Shown: positions 37,890 through 48,207, counted from the stretch's first letter. The stretch is 64,000 nt of DNA from an uncultured delta proteobacterium (GCA_963845145.1 CAWJQU010000002.1:544001-608000), one strand, 5' to 3'. Numbers and translations: made by a program. Notes: generated from the letters alone by a model not told the origin.

Positions 37890-39326
37890 TCATCCCTTCA
37901 CTACCGCAATCGGTCTCAACCTGGCAACCTTACGGGATATCCCGGCCCGATGGACCACATCGACCACCTGGGAAACATCTTTGTAGGCATCGGGCATCTC
38001 CTCTGCCAGGGTGGATCGCCCGGTCCAGCGCACCAGGATGCCCTTATCTTCCAATTCACGATGGATGGATCGTCCCTTGCTCGCCTTTTTGGCCGCTTTT
38101 CGACTCAATCGGCGACCCGCGCCGTGGCAAGTAGAGCCGAAAGTCTCATCCATGGCTTTTTGCGTCCCCACCATGACGTAGGATGCCGTCCCCATATCTC
38201 CGGGAATCAACGTTGGCTGGCCCATCCGTCGATAGGTCTCAGCCACCGCCGATTGATCCGGGCCGAAGGATCGGGTGGCGCCTTTGCGATGAACACAGGT
38301 CAAACGCTTTTTACCATCTACGATGTGGGTCTCTTTTTTGGCGATGTTATGACACACATCGTAAACCAGACGCATGGCAAGGTCTCGCGGTCCCATGCCG
38401 AGGGCCTTTTCAAAAACTTTGCGCGACGCGTGCAATAGAATCTGTCGGTTAGCCCAGGCGTAATTGGCCGCGCACGCCATGGCGCGCAGATAGCGTTGTC
38501 CGGGTTTCGATTGAATGGGGGCACAGACCAATTGACGATCAGGGAGGTCAATTCCGACTGTTTGCATCTCACGAGTCATTTGCCCCAAAAAATCATCACA
38601 CACCTGATGCCCAAATCCCCTGCTGCCGGAGTGAATCATCAATGTGATTTGATCCGAACGGAGCCCCATCACATCAGCCGCCGCTTCATCATAGATACGA
38701 TCGACAACCCCGACTTCTAAAAAGTGGTTCCCCGATCCGAGTGTTCCCAGCTGTTTTTTGCCCCGCGTCAACGCCCGTTCACTGATAACCGAGGGATCGG
38801 CATCAGGCAGGCAACCGCCGTCCTCGGTGTGCAATAGGTCCGTTTCATCGCCATAACCGTTGGAAACGGCCCACCGACTGCCGTTTTTTAACACCTTTTT
38901 CTCTTCAGCCGCTGAGAGTTTTACCGACCCGGTAGACCCAACGCCGCATGGAATGTTTCGGTAAAGGGCATTGATCAATTCTTCCAGCCGGGGGCGAAGG
39001 GTGGCGTGATCCAAACCCGTGGTGGCCAGCCGCACGCCACAATTAATGTCATAGCCAACCCCACCCGGCGATACCACGCCGTCTTCCCAGTCAAAGGCCG
39101 CAACCCCGCCAATGGGAAAGCCATACCCCCAGTGCATATCCGGCATGGCCAGAGAGGCTTTTAAGATCCCCGGCAAAGAGGCCACGTTGGCCACTTGTTT
39201 TAACGGCTCCTGGATGGATTCGCCTTTTACCATGGCTTCATCGGCATAGATGACACCCGGCACCTTCATCTTCCCGGTTCGGGGCACTTCCCATCGATAG
39301 TCATCTATTTTTTTTAGTCTTATCAT
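37890..39326 (-). CDS. rtcB: RtcB RNA ligase (long, archaeal/eukaryal-like form)
   Basis: MPDMHWGYGFPIG, GYDINCG, GSGNHFLE, HSGSRG, HNIAK, HRKGAT, PGDMG, CHGAGR; start 39326 or 39347. Confidence 0.97.
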   Translation of the reverse strand: MIRLKKIDDYRWEVPRTGKMKVPGVIYADEAMVKGESIQEPLKQVANVASLPGILKASLAMPDMHWGYGFPIGGVAAFDWEDGVVSPGGVGYDINCGVRLATTGLDHATLRPRLEELINALYRNIPCGVGSTGSVKLSAAEEKKVLKNGSRWAVSNGYGDETDLLHTEDGGCLPDADPSVISERALTRGKKQLGTLGSGNHFLEVGVVDRIYDEAAADVMGLRSDQITLMIHSGSRGFGHQVCDDFLGQMTREMQTVGIDLPDRQLVCAPIQSKPGQRYLRAMACAANYAWANRQILLHASRKVFEKALGMGPRDLAMRLVYDVCHNIAKKETHIVDGKKRLTCVHRKGATRSFGPDQSAVAETYRRMGQPTLIPGDMGTASYVMVGTQKAMDETFGSTCHGAGRRLSRKAAKKASKGRSIHRELEDKGILVRWTGRSTLAEEMPDAYKDVSQVVDVVHRAGISRKVARLRPIAVVKG

Positions 39327-39421
39327 GCCAATGCTGCTTCCCGACACTACTATTCGCTTGAAATCATACTGCCATTGAACCGCAGAATTTCGATATTCGA
39401 TTATTTTAGAAAGGCCTACAT

Positions 39422-39469
39422 CAACCGACTAACCGGTTAACGGACAAACCGGCAAACCGACCAACCAAT
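39422..39469. repeat. Octamer array (AAACCGGC orientation, 6 units)
   Basis: CAACCGAC TAACCGGT TAACGGAC AAACCGGC AAACCGAC; directly after the archease stop. Confidence 0.85.
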
Positions 39470-39470
39470 T

Positions 39471-39920
39471 TCACACATCAAAAATAACTTCCGCCAGCCA
39501 CCCATCGTCTCCCGCTTCTACCTTTGCCTGATGGTAAGTAACCGCTTTTAGATCATGGCGAATCACATGCCGGTCAGTATCATAAGGGCTTGTTGACACC
39601 TTTGCGACAATTTTTTTGTCTGACAGAGAATCAACATCAATTCGAAAAACAAAACGTTCCCTGCCCGTCCAGAAATAGAGCAGCTCCCGAAGCCAGTTGA
39701 CCATAAGATCGACCCAATCGGCACCCGTAACGACGATAGATTCGACATGGCCCTCACTTTCGGGACACATATCACATAATAGATCAAACATCGCCAATCC
39801 GGTATGGGTGAAAAGCGCTTGGGAATCCACACCTCTCACGCGTATGCCGATATCAGCAGTGTGATCGAGCCACTCGTAGTCAATGGAATAACTTCTTGTG
39901 CCGTTCCAGTGAGGTTTCAT
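39471..39920 (-). CDS. Archease (RtcB activator)
   Basis: DHTADIG, WLRELLY, LKAVTYH, C-terminal FDV. Confidence 0.93.
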   Translation of the reverse strand: MKPHWNGTRSYSIDYEWLDHTADIGIRVRGVDSQALFTHTGLAMFDLLCDMCPESEGHVESIVVTGADWVDLMVNWLRELLYFWTGRERFVFRIDVDSLSDKKIVAKVSTSPYDTDRHVIRHDLKAVTYHQAKVEAGDDGWLAEVIFDV

Positions 39921-41860
39921 TTCCCATCAAAGACCTGTATGATGTCACCGGTATTCTCGGTATGGTAACCTCCGAGCGCGCTCACACGCTGTTTAAACGC
40001 ATCGCCATTTATGATTTTCAATAAAAACTGGATATTTTCCCACGGATAAAACGCTTCGGCAATGATCAAATCGTATTGCTCTACGACGACGGGGATGAAA
40101 TCAAGATCAAGCGCTTTGGCAGCCGCATATATTCCCAGGCCGGTATCGGCAGCCCCACTCAACACTGCTACGGCAACCGCCATATGAGTAAACTCCTCAT
40201 TTCCATATCCGCGAATCGTTTCAGGGTCGATGCCCAACTGCTCCAAACGGTAATCGAGTAGGATACGTGTACCGGAGCCCCGCTGACGGTTGATAAATGC
40301 CACATCCTCCCGGGCCAAATCCTCCAGCCCCTGAATCTTTTTGGGATTGTTCTTGGGTAGGATCAACCCCTGGTCCCGATTGACCAGTGTGATTTGGTGA
40401 CAGGCAAATCCGGACAGATATCGTTTGATATACGATTTATTGTATGCGCCGGATTCCGTATCCAAAAGGTGAGCACCCGCCAGATGGCACCCCCCGTTTT
40501 TTAGGGCCATCAACCCGCCCATGCTCCCGACATGACTGGACGATAAAGAGATATGGGTAGAGTGGGCCCGAACCATGTCGGCCAAAACGTCCAAAGTATT
40601 GTCATGACTTCCTACCATAACGATCGTATTTTTCACACTTTCCAAAGGCCGTAATAGCTCTGCTGTTACCGACTCATCTCTTTGTATCCCCTCAACATGA
40701 TGCGGGATCCGCACAATCCCGTCAGCTTCGGTAATCGATGTTATGTTTCCGGAACCCCTGGATAATTGGGTGGCTACCAGACGATCTCCCACAGCACCGA
40801 TCTTGACGCGTACAAACTCTTCGGTACCTAGTTTGGAAGGGATCTTCCGTGTTGGAAAAACCGTGGCGCTGGGTCGAGCCACTTGGGGCAACCCCTGCCA
40901 ATGCCGTATGAGTGGGCCGACAAATTGCTCGTAGGCGATGATGGCGGACACCTGGTAGCCGGGGATACCGAAAACCGGTGTTTCCCCTATCTTGGCCATT
41001 AAAATCGGCTTTCCGGGCATGATGGTCACCCCATGGACCAACACTTCGCCTAAAGATTCGAACACCAATTTGGCCAAATCTTTGGCCCCTGCCGATGATC
41101 CGCCGATGGTCAAAACGATATCGTACCCATCATCCACCCCGTTCTGAACAGCCTTCCGTATTTGATCAGTGTCATCGGGTAATACCGGATGTTTGGTAAA
41201 TTCGCCGCCATAGGTGTTCACCAAGTTGCCCAAAACATAAGAATTACTTTCCAGAACCTGCCCTGGAGACAAGGCCTTAAAATCCTCACCCTGCCAGTCC
41301 ACCACTTCTCCCCCGGTGGGAATGATCAACACTCGCGGCGGCTTCTTGACGGAAACAGCGAAAACCCCCCCACTAATTAAGGCCCCGATACAATAGGGCG
41401 AAATTTGATGGTTCCCTGGAAACAGAAGCTCGGTTGCCACAATATCTTCACCCACTTTGCGGACATGCTGCCAGGGGAATGCGGGCGCGGCAATTTCAAG
41501 GTGATCCGGGTCAATTTCGTTTATCTGTTCGATCATAATGACCGCATCGGTATCAGACGGCATCACCTGACCGGTATTGATAAAAACCGCCTCTTGGCCC
41601 ACCGTCAGGGTCTTAGGTGCTGTTTCAGTCACGCCAAAGGTATCAGCGGCTTTGACGGCGATACCATCCATGGCGGCAGTATGATGGTTAGGGGACGATA
41701 GCCGGGCAACCACCGCTTCGGCCAAAATACGGCCAACGGCATCGGTCACCGGAATCGTCTCAGAAGCTTGAGAAGCAGCACCACCGAAGGTATCGAACAA
41801 TATCTGTCGCGCCTCGGGCAGTGATTTCATTTTTAGATAGATGTTGCGTTTGTGAGCCAT
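39917..41860 (-). CDS. MoeA fused to a periplasmic-binding (PBP_like) domain
   Basis: AAMDGIA, PTGGE, GGSSAG, PGKP; C-terminal GSHD, GSMGGL, INRQRGSGTR. Confidence 0.92.
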   Translation of the reverse strand: MAHKRNIYLKMKSLPEARQILFDTFGGAASQASETIPVTDAVGRILAEAVVARLSSPNHHTAAMDGIAVKAADTFGVTETAPKTLTVGQEAVFINTGQVMPSDTDAVIMIEQINEIDPDHLEIAAPAFPWQHVRKVGEDIVATELLFPGNHQISPYCIGALISGGVFAVSVKKPPRVLIIPTGGEVVDWQGEDFKALSPGQVLESNSYVLGNLVNTYGGEFTKHPVLPDDTDQIRKAVQNGVDDGYDIVLTIGGSSAGAKDLAKLVFESLGEVLVHGVTIMPGKPILMAKIGETPVFGIPGYQVSAIIAYEQFVGPLIRHWQGLPQVARPSATVFPTRKIPSKLGTEEFVRVKIGAVGDRLVATQLSRGSGNITSITEADGIVRIPHHVEGIQRDESVTAELLRPLESVKNTIVMVGSHDNTLDVLADMVRAHSTHISLSSSHVGSMGGLMALKNGGCHLAGAHLLDTESGAYNKSYIKRYLSGFACHQITLVNRDQGLILPKNNPKKIQGLEDLAREDVAFINRQRGSGTRILLDYRLEQLGIDPETIRGYGNEEFTHMAVAVAVLSGAADTGLGIYAAAKALDLDFIPVVVEQYDLIIAEAFYPWENIQFLLKIINGDAFKQRVSALGGYHTENTGDIIQVFDGK

Positions 41861-41880
41861 ATATTTTTAAATCCTCCGGA

Positions 41881-42039
41881 TTTGGTTTGTCGGTTTGTCC
41901 GTGTCGTTTGCCCGTTTGTCGGTTTGCCGGTTTGCCGGTTTGCCGGTTGGCCGGTTGGCCGGTTGGCCCGTAAACGGGTTACTCAATAGCTTAACAGCTC
42001 ATTGGCTTATCAGCTTATCAGCTAATCAGCTAATCAACT
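41881..42039. repeat. Composite octamer array: GCCGGTTK units followed by ATCAGCTW units
   Basis: 41881..41970 CCGG type; ~41982..42039 AGCT type. Confidence 0.92.
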
Positions 42040-42102
42040 TTTCTCTTTGAAATTCACATCCAACCGGACAGCCATATCGATATCGCCTGTCTGCATTATA
42101 AC

Positions 42103-42140
42103 AACCGGGGAACCGGTCAACCGGCTAACGGGCCAACCGA
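42103..42140. repeat. Octamer array (AACCGG orientation), inverted relative to 41881..41970
   Basis: AACCGGGG AACCGGTC AACCGGCT AACGGGCC AACCGA; 3 nt after the moeA stop. Confidence 0.85.
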
Positions 42141-42143
42141 TCT

Positions 42144-43373
42144 CTATATCGGAATTATCTCCACTTGGTCGCCTTTTTCCAGCCCTTCGACGTTCATACC
42201 GATGGCTACCAGTCCATCGGCTTGGACCATGGTATTGATCAGGCCGGATTTTCCCAGAACAGGATGCGCCCAGAGGCCATCTTCCTTCTTTTCAAGGCGA
42301 ACGCGCACAAAATCCATGCGCCCCTGGACCGATGAGACGTTTCGCGAAAGGCGCCCCACGAGGTTATAGGCTGTTCGCCGGGATTGAACTTTTCCCGCCA
42401 GCCGATCGACAAATGGCCGCACGATGGCGACATAGGCCACCATAGCTGAAGTCACCTGGCCGGGCAGCCCCCAGAAAGGTTTATGGCCGGTACGGGCAAG
42501 AATCGTGGGTTTGCCCGGGCTGATGGAGATCCCGTGGACAAGAACGTTGGTATCGGGTAAGGCCGCCAGCACCTGAACGGTTAAATCCCGGGTTCCCATG
42601 GAGCTGCCGCCGGAGATAAGGATCATATCGGATTGCGCGGAGGCACGACGGCAGGCATCCAGCATATTCTCAAAGTCATCCTGGATAATGCCGTAACAGA
42701 CAGGCACGGCACCGGAATTGGCCACCAGGCCGGCCAAAGTATAGGTATTGACGTCGCGTACCTTCCCCAGTGGCAAGGGATCGCCCACCGCCACGATTTC
42801 GTCACCGGTGGATAAAATCCCCACCACCGGTTTTTTATATACGGTTACCCTTTCACTCCCCAGCGCCGCCAGAAAGCCGGCCTCCTGGGCGCGAATCTCA
42901 ATTCCCTTGACCAGCGCCGGCTGCCCTTTGGCCACATCTTCGCCCATCTGAATCACGTGCTGCCCCGGTGCCACACCCCGGTAGGCCTCGATGGTTGTAT
43001 CATCAAGGGCTTGGGTATGCTCAATCATCACGACGGCATCGGCGCCCTTTGGAAGCATGGCTCCGGTTGAAATTTTGGCGACCTCGCCGGGTCCGATTGA
43101 AAAGTCTGGCGACTCACCCATGGCCACGGATCCCTTAATGGTCAAAAATGCGGGGTTCCCTTCCCCGGCTCCGAAACTGGAGGATGCCTTTAGTGCATAC
43201 CCGTCCATCGTGGCCCGGGTAAATTCGGGCAAATTCTCGGGTGAGAGAAGATCCTTAGCCAGCACACGTCCATGGGCCACTTCAAGGGTGATATCCTCAG
43301 TTCCCACGTGCGGAAAATCATCGCGCATGGCGATGACATCATTGGGAGCGGTTACTTTAAAAAAATCTTTCAT
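42144..43373 (-). CDS. moeA: Molybdopterin molybdotransferase
   Basis: ATMDGYA, ISTGAMLPKGADAV, STGDEI, SGGSSMG, PGKPT. Confidence 0.95.
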   Translation of the reverse strand: MKDFFKVTAPNDVIAMRDDFPHVGTEDITLEVAHGRVLAKDLLSPENLPEFTRATMDGYALKASSSFGAGEGNPAFLTIKGSVAMGESPDFSIGPGEVAKISTGAMLPKGADAVVMIEHTQALDDTTIEAYRGVAPGQHVIQMGEDVAKGQPALVKGIEIRAQEAGFLAALGSERVTVYKKPVVGILSTGDEIVAVGDPLPLGKVRDVNTYTLAGLVANSGAVPVCYGIIQDDFENMLDACRRASAQSDMILISGGSSMGTRDLTVQVLAALPDTNVLVHGISISPGKPTILARTGHKPFWGLPGQVTSAMVAYVAIVRPFVDRLAGKVQSRRTAYNLVGRLSRNVSSVQGRMDFVRVRLEKKEDGLWAHPVLGKSGLINTMVQADGLVAIGMNVEGLEKGDQVEIIPI

Positions 43374-43386
43374 AGTGTATCCATTT

Positions 43387-43470
43387 CGGTTGGTCGGTTG
43401 GTCGGTTTGCCGGTTGGTCGGTTGGTCGGTTGGTCGGTTTGCCGGTTGGCCCGTTAGCCGGTTGGCCGGT
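43387..43470. repeat. Octamer array (GTCGGTTG/GCCGGTTG, ~10 units)
   Basis: CGGTTGGT CGGTTGGT CGGTTTGC...; 13 nt upstream of the moeA start. Confidence 0.95.
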
Positions 43471-43523
43471 TATAATCTTGACCGAATCATTGTAATAGTG
43501 TTTAGCATTAGACACCTGAGGAC

Positions 43524-44507
43524 TTACCCCTTTCGAACGGCCGATAATTCTTCCCAGTTCAAACAATTGGGAGGACGCCGCCCGGCTAACCCGGCCAGGA
43601 GGTTGTCCATAGCGAGCTCGGCCATTCGGGTTCGGGTTTCAACGGTGGCGCTGCCGATGTGAGGCAGGAGGATAGCATTTTCCAAATCGGTCAAGCCAGG
43701 GCTCAATTCCGGCTCATTTTCATATACATCCAATCCTGCGGCTGCGATGTCGCCGTTTTTTAGCCCCAGGACAAGCGCTTTTTCATCAACCACAGGCCCT
43801 CGTGAGGTATTGATTAAAATAGCCGAGGGTTTCATCAACTTAAGTGCGACCGCATTTATCAAATGATGGGTATCCGCCGTCAGCGGGACATGCAGGGAGA
43901 CAATATCGGCCTCTTTCAATAATGCCGCCAAAGATCGATACGATACGCCCAAGCGATCCTCTTCGGCCGTCGTCAGCCTTTGCCGGTTAAAATAGATGAT
44001 CGGCATATCAAAACCAACGGCCCGCCGGGCCACAGCCTTTCCAATTCGGCCCAATCCGATCAAGCCCAGGGTTTTCCCGCTGATTTCGCGCCCCAAAAAA
44101 TGCATCGGTGCCCAAAATTTAAATTCGCCCCGGCGAACCTTTGCATCTCCGGCAACGATTCGCCGACCCGTTCCGAGGATTAACGCCATGGCCAGATCAG
44201 CGGTGGCATTGGTGAGAACACCGGGTGTGTTGGACACCGGGATCCCCCGGTTCGTAGCGCTTGCCAGGTCAATGTTATCATAGCCAACCCCGTAATTGGC
44301 AATCATTTTAAGACCTTCGGCGTGATCAAGCAAAACGGTATCCACCCTGTCGGTAATGGTGCACAGCAACCCGTCTTGACCACGGACGTTTTTAAGGATT
44401 TCCTCCCTTAGCATCGGGGCTTTTTTGTTATTTGCGGTTACCTGGTGGACCTTTTGGATCTTTTCAAGGACCGCTGCGGGTAATTTACCGGTTACGAGTA
44501 CCTTCAA
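43524..44507 (-). CDS. D-glycerate dehydrogenase / glyoxylate reductase
   Basis: GVGYDNID, NTPGVLT, GLGRIG, INTSRG, GLDVYENEP, PHIGSA. Confidence 0.93.
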   Translation of the reverse strand: MKVLVTGKLPAAVLEKIQKVHQVTANNKKAPMLREEILKNVRGQDGLLCTITDRVDTVLLDHAEGLKMIANYGVGYDNIDLASATNRGIPVSNTPGVLTNATADLAMALILGTGRRIVAGDAKVRRGEFKFWAPMHFLGREISGKTLGLIGLGRIGKAVARRAVGFDMPIIYFNRQRLTTAEEDRLGVSYRSLAALLKEADIVSLHVPLTADTHHLINAVALKLMKPSAILINTSRGPVVDEKALVLGLKNGDIAAAGLDVYENEPELSPGLTDLENAILLPHIGSATVETRTRMAELAMDNLLAGLAGRRPPNCLNWEELSAVRKG

Positions 44508-44738
44508 GCCTAAACATTCCCTTCGAATACGTGCGGGCTAAAGCGCCAGGGGGGTAACTTCGTCAGCAAAAAATTAACATAACATGCGCTCGTGGACAGG
44601 TAAAGCATCCCAGAATCGCGTGGAATAGGGTTACACCTTGAAAGACACCTAAAAAGTAGGTATGATTCAAGATAATTGATATGAACCCGGAGGGAACCGT
44701 TCGAGCAGGTAATATTAAAATAAAACAAATCATTTATA

Positions 44739-46295
44739 ATGACTTCATCAACCTTATCTCCAATCGCATACGATGGTCAGCAGGCACCTGAATTTTTAAC
44801 CGAAACGCGGTTCGATTCCTTTGAATTACCCGCCGAAGTGCAAAAATCATTGAAGGATGCCAAATTTACGTTTTGCTCACCGATTCAAGCCAGGGTGCTT
44901 CCTGTTACGCTATCCGGAAAGGACGTCGCCGGCCAGGCTCAAACCGGAACGGGTAAAACCGCTGCTTTTTTAGTAACCCTCTTTGCCCGGTTGATGTCGG
45001 TGCCAAGAAAGAAACCGAAGAATCCCCTCGCCCTCGTCGTTGCACCCACCCGTGAGCTGGCGGCTCAAATCCATGAAGAAACCCGTTCCATCGGGCGCCA
45101 TACCGATTTTAAGACCATCGAAATTGTTGGCGGTGTCGATTATCAAAAGCAAGCCGATGCGCTGCGAAAGGGCTGTGACATCGTGATTTGCACACCGGGA
45201 CGGATCATCGATTATTATAAACAGAAAATTTTTAATCCCCAAGACATCAAGGTTCTGGTCATCGATGAGGCGGATCGGCTGCTTGATCTGGGCTTTGCCA
45301 AAGATATGCGTTTTATTTTGAGCAAACTACCGTCCTATGAAAAGCGCCAATCCATGCTGTTTTCGGCCACGCTCTCCTATCGTGTCATGGAGCTGACTTA
45401 CGAATACATGAATATGCCCGACTTCATTGCGGTTGCGCCGGAAGTCGTTACCGTGCGTGGCATCGATCAGGAACTAATTCATGTGGGGGCTCATGAAAAA
45501 CTGGAATTACTGCTTGGCTTATTAAAACGGGAAAAATGGGAACGACTCCTGATCTTTGTCAATACCAAGTCCGGGGTTGAATGGGTCAGCCAGAAACTCA
45601 AGGGAAACGGCTTCCCGGCGGAAGGCATTACGGGGGACATCCCCCAGCGGAAACGTTTTCGCCTGATGGACCAGTTTAAAAGCGGACGGCTAAAAATTCT
45701 AGTGGCCACGGATGTGGCTTCGCGAGGGTTGCATGTCGACAATATCAGCCATGTCGTTAATTATGATCTACCCCAGGATGCCGAAAATTACGTCCACCGC
45801 ATCGGTCGAACCGCCCGGGCCGGCAAAACGGGAAAAGCCATATCCCTCGCCTGTGAAAAATATGTGTACCACTTAGACCCCATGGAAGAGATGCTTGGAT
45901 ACAAAATTGAGGTTAGATGGCCAGAGGAAGATTGGTTTGAGAAAGACCGCTGCGGGCCGGTGACCACTTCCCGCGACCTTCTTAAAAAGCGGACGGGCCG
46001 GCGACGCGCCCGAAGTCAGAAAACCAAACCAGTTGCATCCCCCCGGCGGTCCCCCCTGCGGTCCCCTCTGCGGCATCGGTCGTCATTTTCCGTTCCTAAG
46101 GGAGATTTTCCAGGTAGTTTTTTTGGTTTCCGACCACCGGTGGGCGGAAAAGCTCAAAATCAGCAGACCAGCGAAAAGCAAAATAAAAGACGGCCCCGGC
46201 GGCGGCAAAGTAAAACATCTTCAACCAAAGCAGCCCGACCGGAAAGAAAAAAAACCGAATCCGGTTCGAAAGGGGATGGACCGACGAAACATTAA
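44739..46295 (+). CDS. DEAD-box RNA helicase (RhlB-like) with basic C-terminal tail
   Basis: Q motif, AQTGTGKT, PTRELA, TPGR, DEAD, SAT, HRIGRTAR. Confidence 0.95.
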   Translation: MTSSTLSPIAYDGQQAPEFLTETRFDSFELPAEVQKSLKDAKFTFCSPIQARVLPVTLSGKDVAGQAQTGTGKTAAFLVTLFARLMSVPRKKPKNPLALVVAPTRELAAQIHEETRSIGRHTDFKTIEIVGGVDYQKQADALRKGCDIVICTPGRIIDYYKQKIFNPQDIKVLVIDEADRLLDLGFAKDMRFILSKLPSYEKRQSMLFSATLSYRVMELTYEYMNMPDFIAVAPEVVTVRGIDQELIHVGAHEKLELLLGLLKREKWERLLIFVNTKSGVEWVSQKLKGNGFPAEGITGDIPQRKRFRLMDQFKSGRLKILVATDVASRGLHVDNISHVVNYDLPQDAENYVHRIGRTARAGKTGKAISLACEKYVYHLDPMEEMLGYKIEVRWPEEDWFEKDRCGPVTTSRDLLKKRTGRRRARSQKTKPVASPRRSPLRSPLRHRSSFSVPKGDFPGSFFGFRPPVGGKAQNQQTSEKQNKRRPRRRQSKTSSTKAARPERKKTESGSKGDGPTKH

Positions 46296-46320
46296 AAATC
46301 GACGGATAAGCTGAATCGAT

Positions 46321-47067
46321 ATGGGATATGTGTTCGATTTTAAGGATGTAAAGAATTACCATCGCTGGATTCAAGATTCCCGGACGCAACTCATTTTAGA
46401 TCTGGAATCCAGGCTGATGCTACGAATGCTTCACCCGAATCCAGGCGAAGCAGTGTTGGATATCGGGTGCGGTACAGGTTGGAACCTGAAACAGTTGATT
46501 GAAAAGGGTGTTAAACCGACCGGTCTTGACGCCTCCGTTTACATGCTTGATGTGGCCGAGCGCGAAATCGGTCACCGGGCAGATTTGCACCACGGCTATG
46601 CCGAAGAACTCCCCTTTGATGACAATACATTCAACCATGCCATTTTCATGACCTCCTTGGAATTTGTTGAGAACCCGCAGCGCGCCATTGAGGAGGCCTG
46701 CCGTGTGGCCAAGGACAAGGTGTTTATCGGAACCTTGAACCGGTATGCCATCAAAAGCGTTTACCGCCGCCTGGAAGGTGTTTTTCGCAACACCATTTAT
46801 AATCGCGCCAAGTTTTTCGGTATTTGGGAATTGCGGGATATGGTTCGTGGGATTATGGGTCCCGCACCGGTCAAATGGCGCACCACTTGCCAGCTGCCGT
46901 TGGTTTCAAAGGGCTGGTCCTTGCGGCTGGAACGCGCCTCGCTGGTACAACATTGCCCGTTTGGGGCCTTTGTAGGGATGGCCGTCACACTGGTCCCACG
47001 TTTTAGAACCCGCCCCCTTTCTCTTAAGCTTCGATCCAAAGGCACACCCAAAACCGTGGCGGGATAG
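46321..47067 (+). CDS. Class I SAM-dependent methyltransferase
   Basis: VLDIGCGTG, GLDAS, AEELPFDDNTF. Confidence 0.85.
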   Translation: MGYVFDFKDVKNYHRWIQDSRTQLILDLESRLMLRMLHPNPGEAVLDIGCGTGWNLKQLIEKGVKPTGLDASVYMLDVAEREIGHRADLHHGYAEELPFDDNTFNHAIFMTSLEFVENPQRAIEEACRVAKDKVFIGTLNRYAIKSVYRRLEGVFRNTIYNRAKFFGIWELRDMVRGIMGPAPVKWRTTCQLPLVSKGWSLRLERASLVQHCPFGAFVGMAVTLVPRFRTRPLSLKLRSKGTPKTVAG

Positions 47068-47093
47068 AAGCTCTTAAGCCGGTGAGCTGATAA
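47068..47093. repeat. Short AGCT-type octamer remnant directly after a stop codon
   Basis: AAGCTCTT AAGCCGGT GAGCTGAT AA. Confidence 0.55.
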
Positions 47094-47190
47094 ACATTTA
47101 GCGCTACTAGATAATTGCTTTATTTTAACCGTCAAAGCCACACATCAACAAAGCGCCTAAACCATTCAAAAACCAATCAGGAATAGCTTA

Positions 47191-48204
47191 ATGGAAGCCT
47201 ATCTGTATGATTCCTTAGAAAACGGTAAGGTCAAATGCAATCTCTGCCATCACCGTTGCTTGATCAACAAAGGAAAGCGGGGGATTTGCGGTGTTCGCGA
47301 AAACCGTGCGGGCATTCTTCATACACTTGTGTACGACAAACTGGTTGCCCGGCATATCGATCCCATCGAGAAAAAACCACTGTTTCATTTTCTACCCGGC
47401 AGCCGATGTTATTCCGTGGCAGCCGTCGGCTGTAACTTTAAGTGCCGATTTTGCCAGAACGCTGATATCGCTCAAATGCCGACCGATCGAAATGGGATGA
47501 TCGTGGGAGAACCCACAACACCGGAAAAAGAGGTGGAAGCCGCCCTTAACGCCGGCTGCAAAAGCATTGCCTTTACCTATACTGAACCCACCGTTTTTTT
47601 CGAATTTGCCCACAATACGGCCAAACTCGCCCACACCAGGGGGATAAAAAATGTCTTCGTCACCAATGGCTACATGACCCCCGAAGCCTTGAAGATGATC
47701 AGCCCCTGGCTCGATGCAGCCAATGTGGATCTTAAAGCCTTTACTGACGACTTCTACAAAAAAATGTGCGGCGCCCGATTACACCCGGTGTTGGAAACCT
47801 TAAAGGAGATGAAAACCAGGGGGATATTTTTAGAGCTGACCACTTTATTGATCCCCGGTTTAAACGATACTCCGGATGGGCTCAAACAATTGGCCACCTT
47901 TATTGCCGCTGATCTCGGGGTTGAAACCCCCTGGCATATCAGCCGGTTTCACCCTACCTATCGCCTCACCGACCGACCCGTCACACCGCTTGAAAGTCTT
48001 TTACGCGCCCACAAAATTGGGAAAGAAGCCGGTTTGCGGTATGTTTATACGGGTAACGTTCCCGGCCAGGAAGGTGAAAAAACAGCCTGCCACCATTGCA
48101 ACCGGATAGTGATCGACCGGGTGGGATTTTCCATACGAAAGTATGCCATTGATGATGGGTGTTGCCGACATTGCGGCACACGCATTGATGGCGTGGGGAT
48201 GTGA
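47191..48204 (+). CDS. amrS: AmmeMemoRadiSam system radical SAM enzyme
   Basis: CNLCHHRC, DPIEKKPLFHF, CNFKCRFCQN, FTYTEP, WHISRFHP, VYTGN. Confidence 0.92.
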   Translation: MEAYLYDSLENGKVKCNLCHHRCLINKGKRGICGVRENRAGILHTLVYDKLVARHIDPIEKKPLFHFLPGSRCYSVAAVGCNFKCRFCQNADIAQMPTDRNGMIVGEPTTPEKEVEAALNAGCKSIAFTYTEPTVFFEFAHNTAKLAHTRGIKNVFVTNGYMTPEALKMISPWLDAANVDLKAFTDDFYKKMCGARLHPVLETLKEMKTRGIFLELTTLLIPGLNDTPDGLKQLATFIAADLGVETPWHISRFHPTYRLTDRPVTPLESLLRAHKIGKEAGLRYVYTGNVPGQEGEKTACHHCNRIVIDRVGFSIRKYAIDDGCCRHCGTRIDGVGM

Positions 48205-48207
48205 TTT

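Noticed and set aside
34873..43470. Octamer arrays as a CRISPR array
   Set aside because: 8-bp tandem units without unique spacers; no cas genes in the window.
46047..46073. 12-bp tandem repeat in the helicase tail (RSPL RSPL)
   Set aside because: Ordinary low-complexity duplication in a disordered C-terminus.
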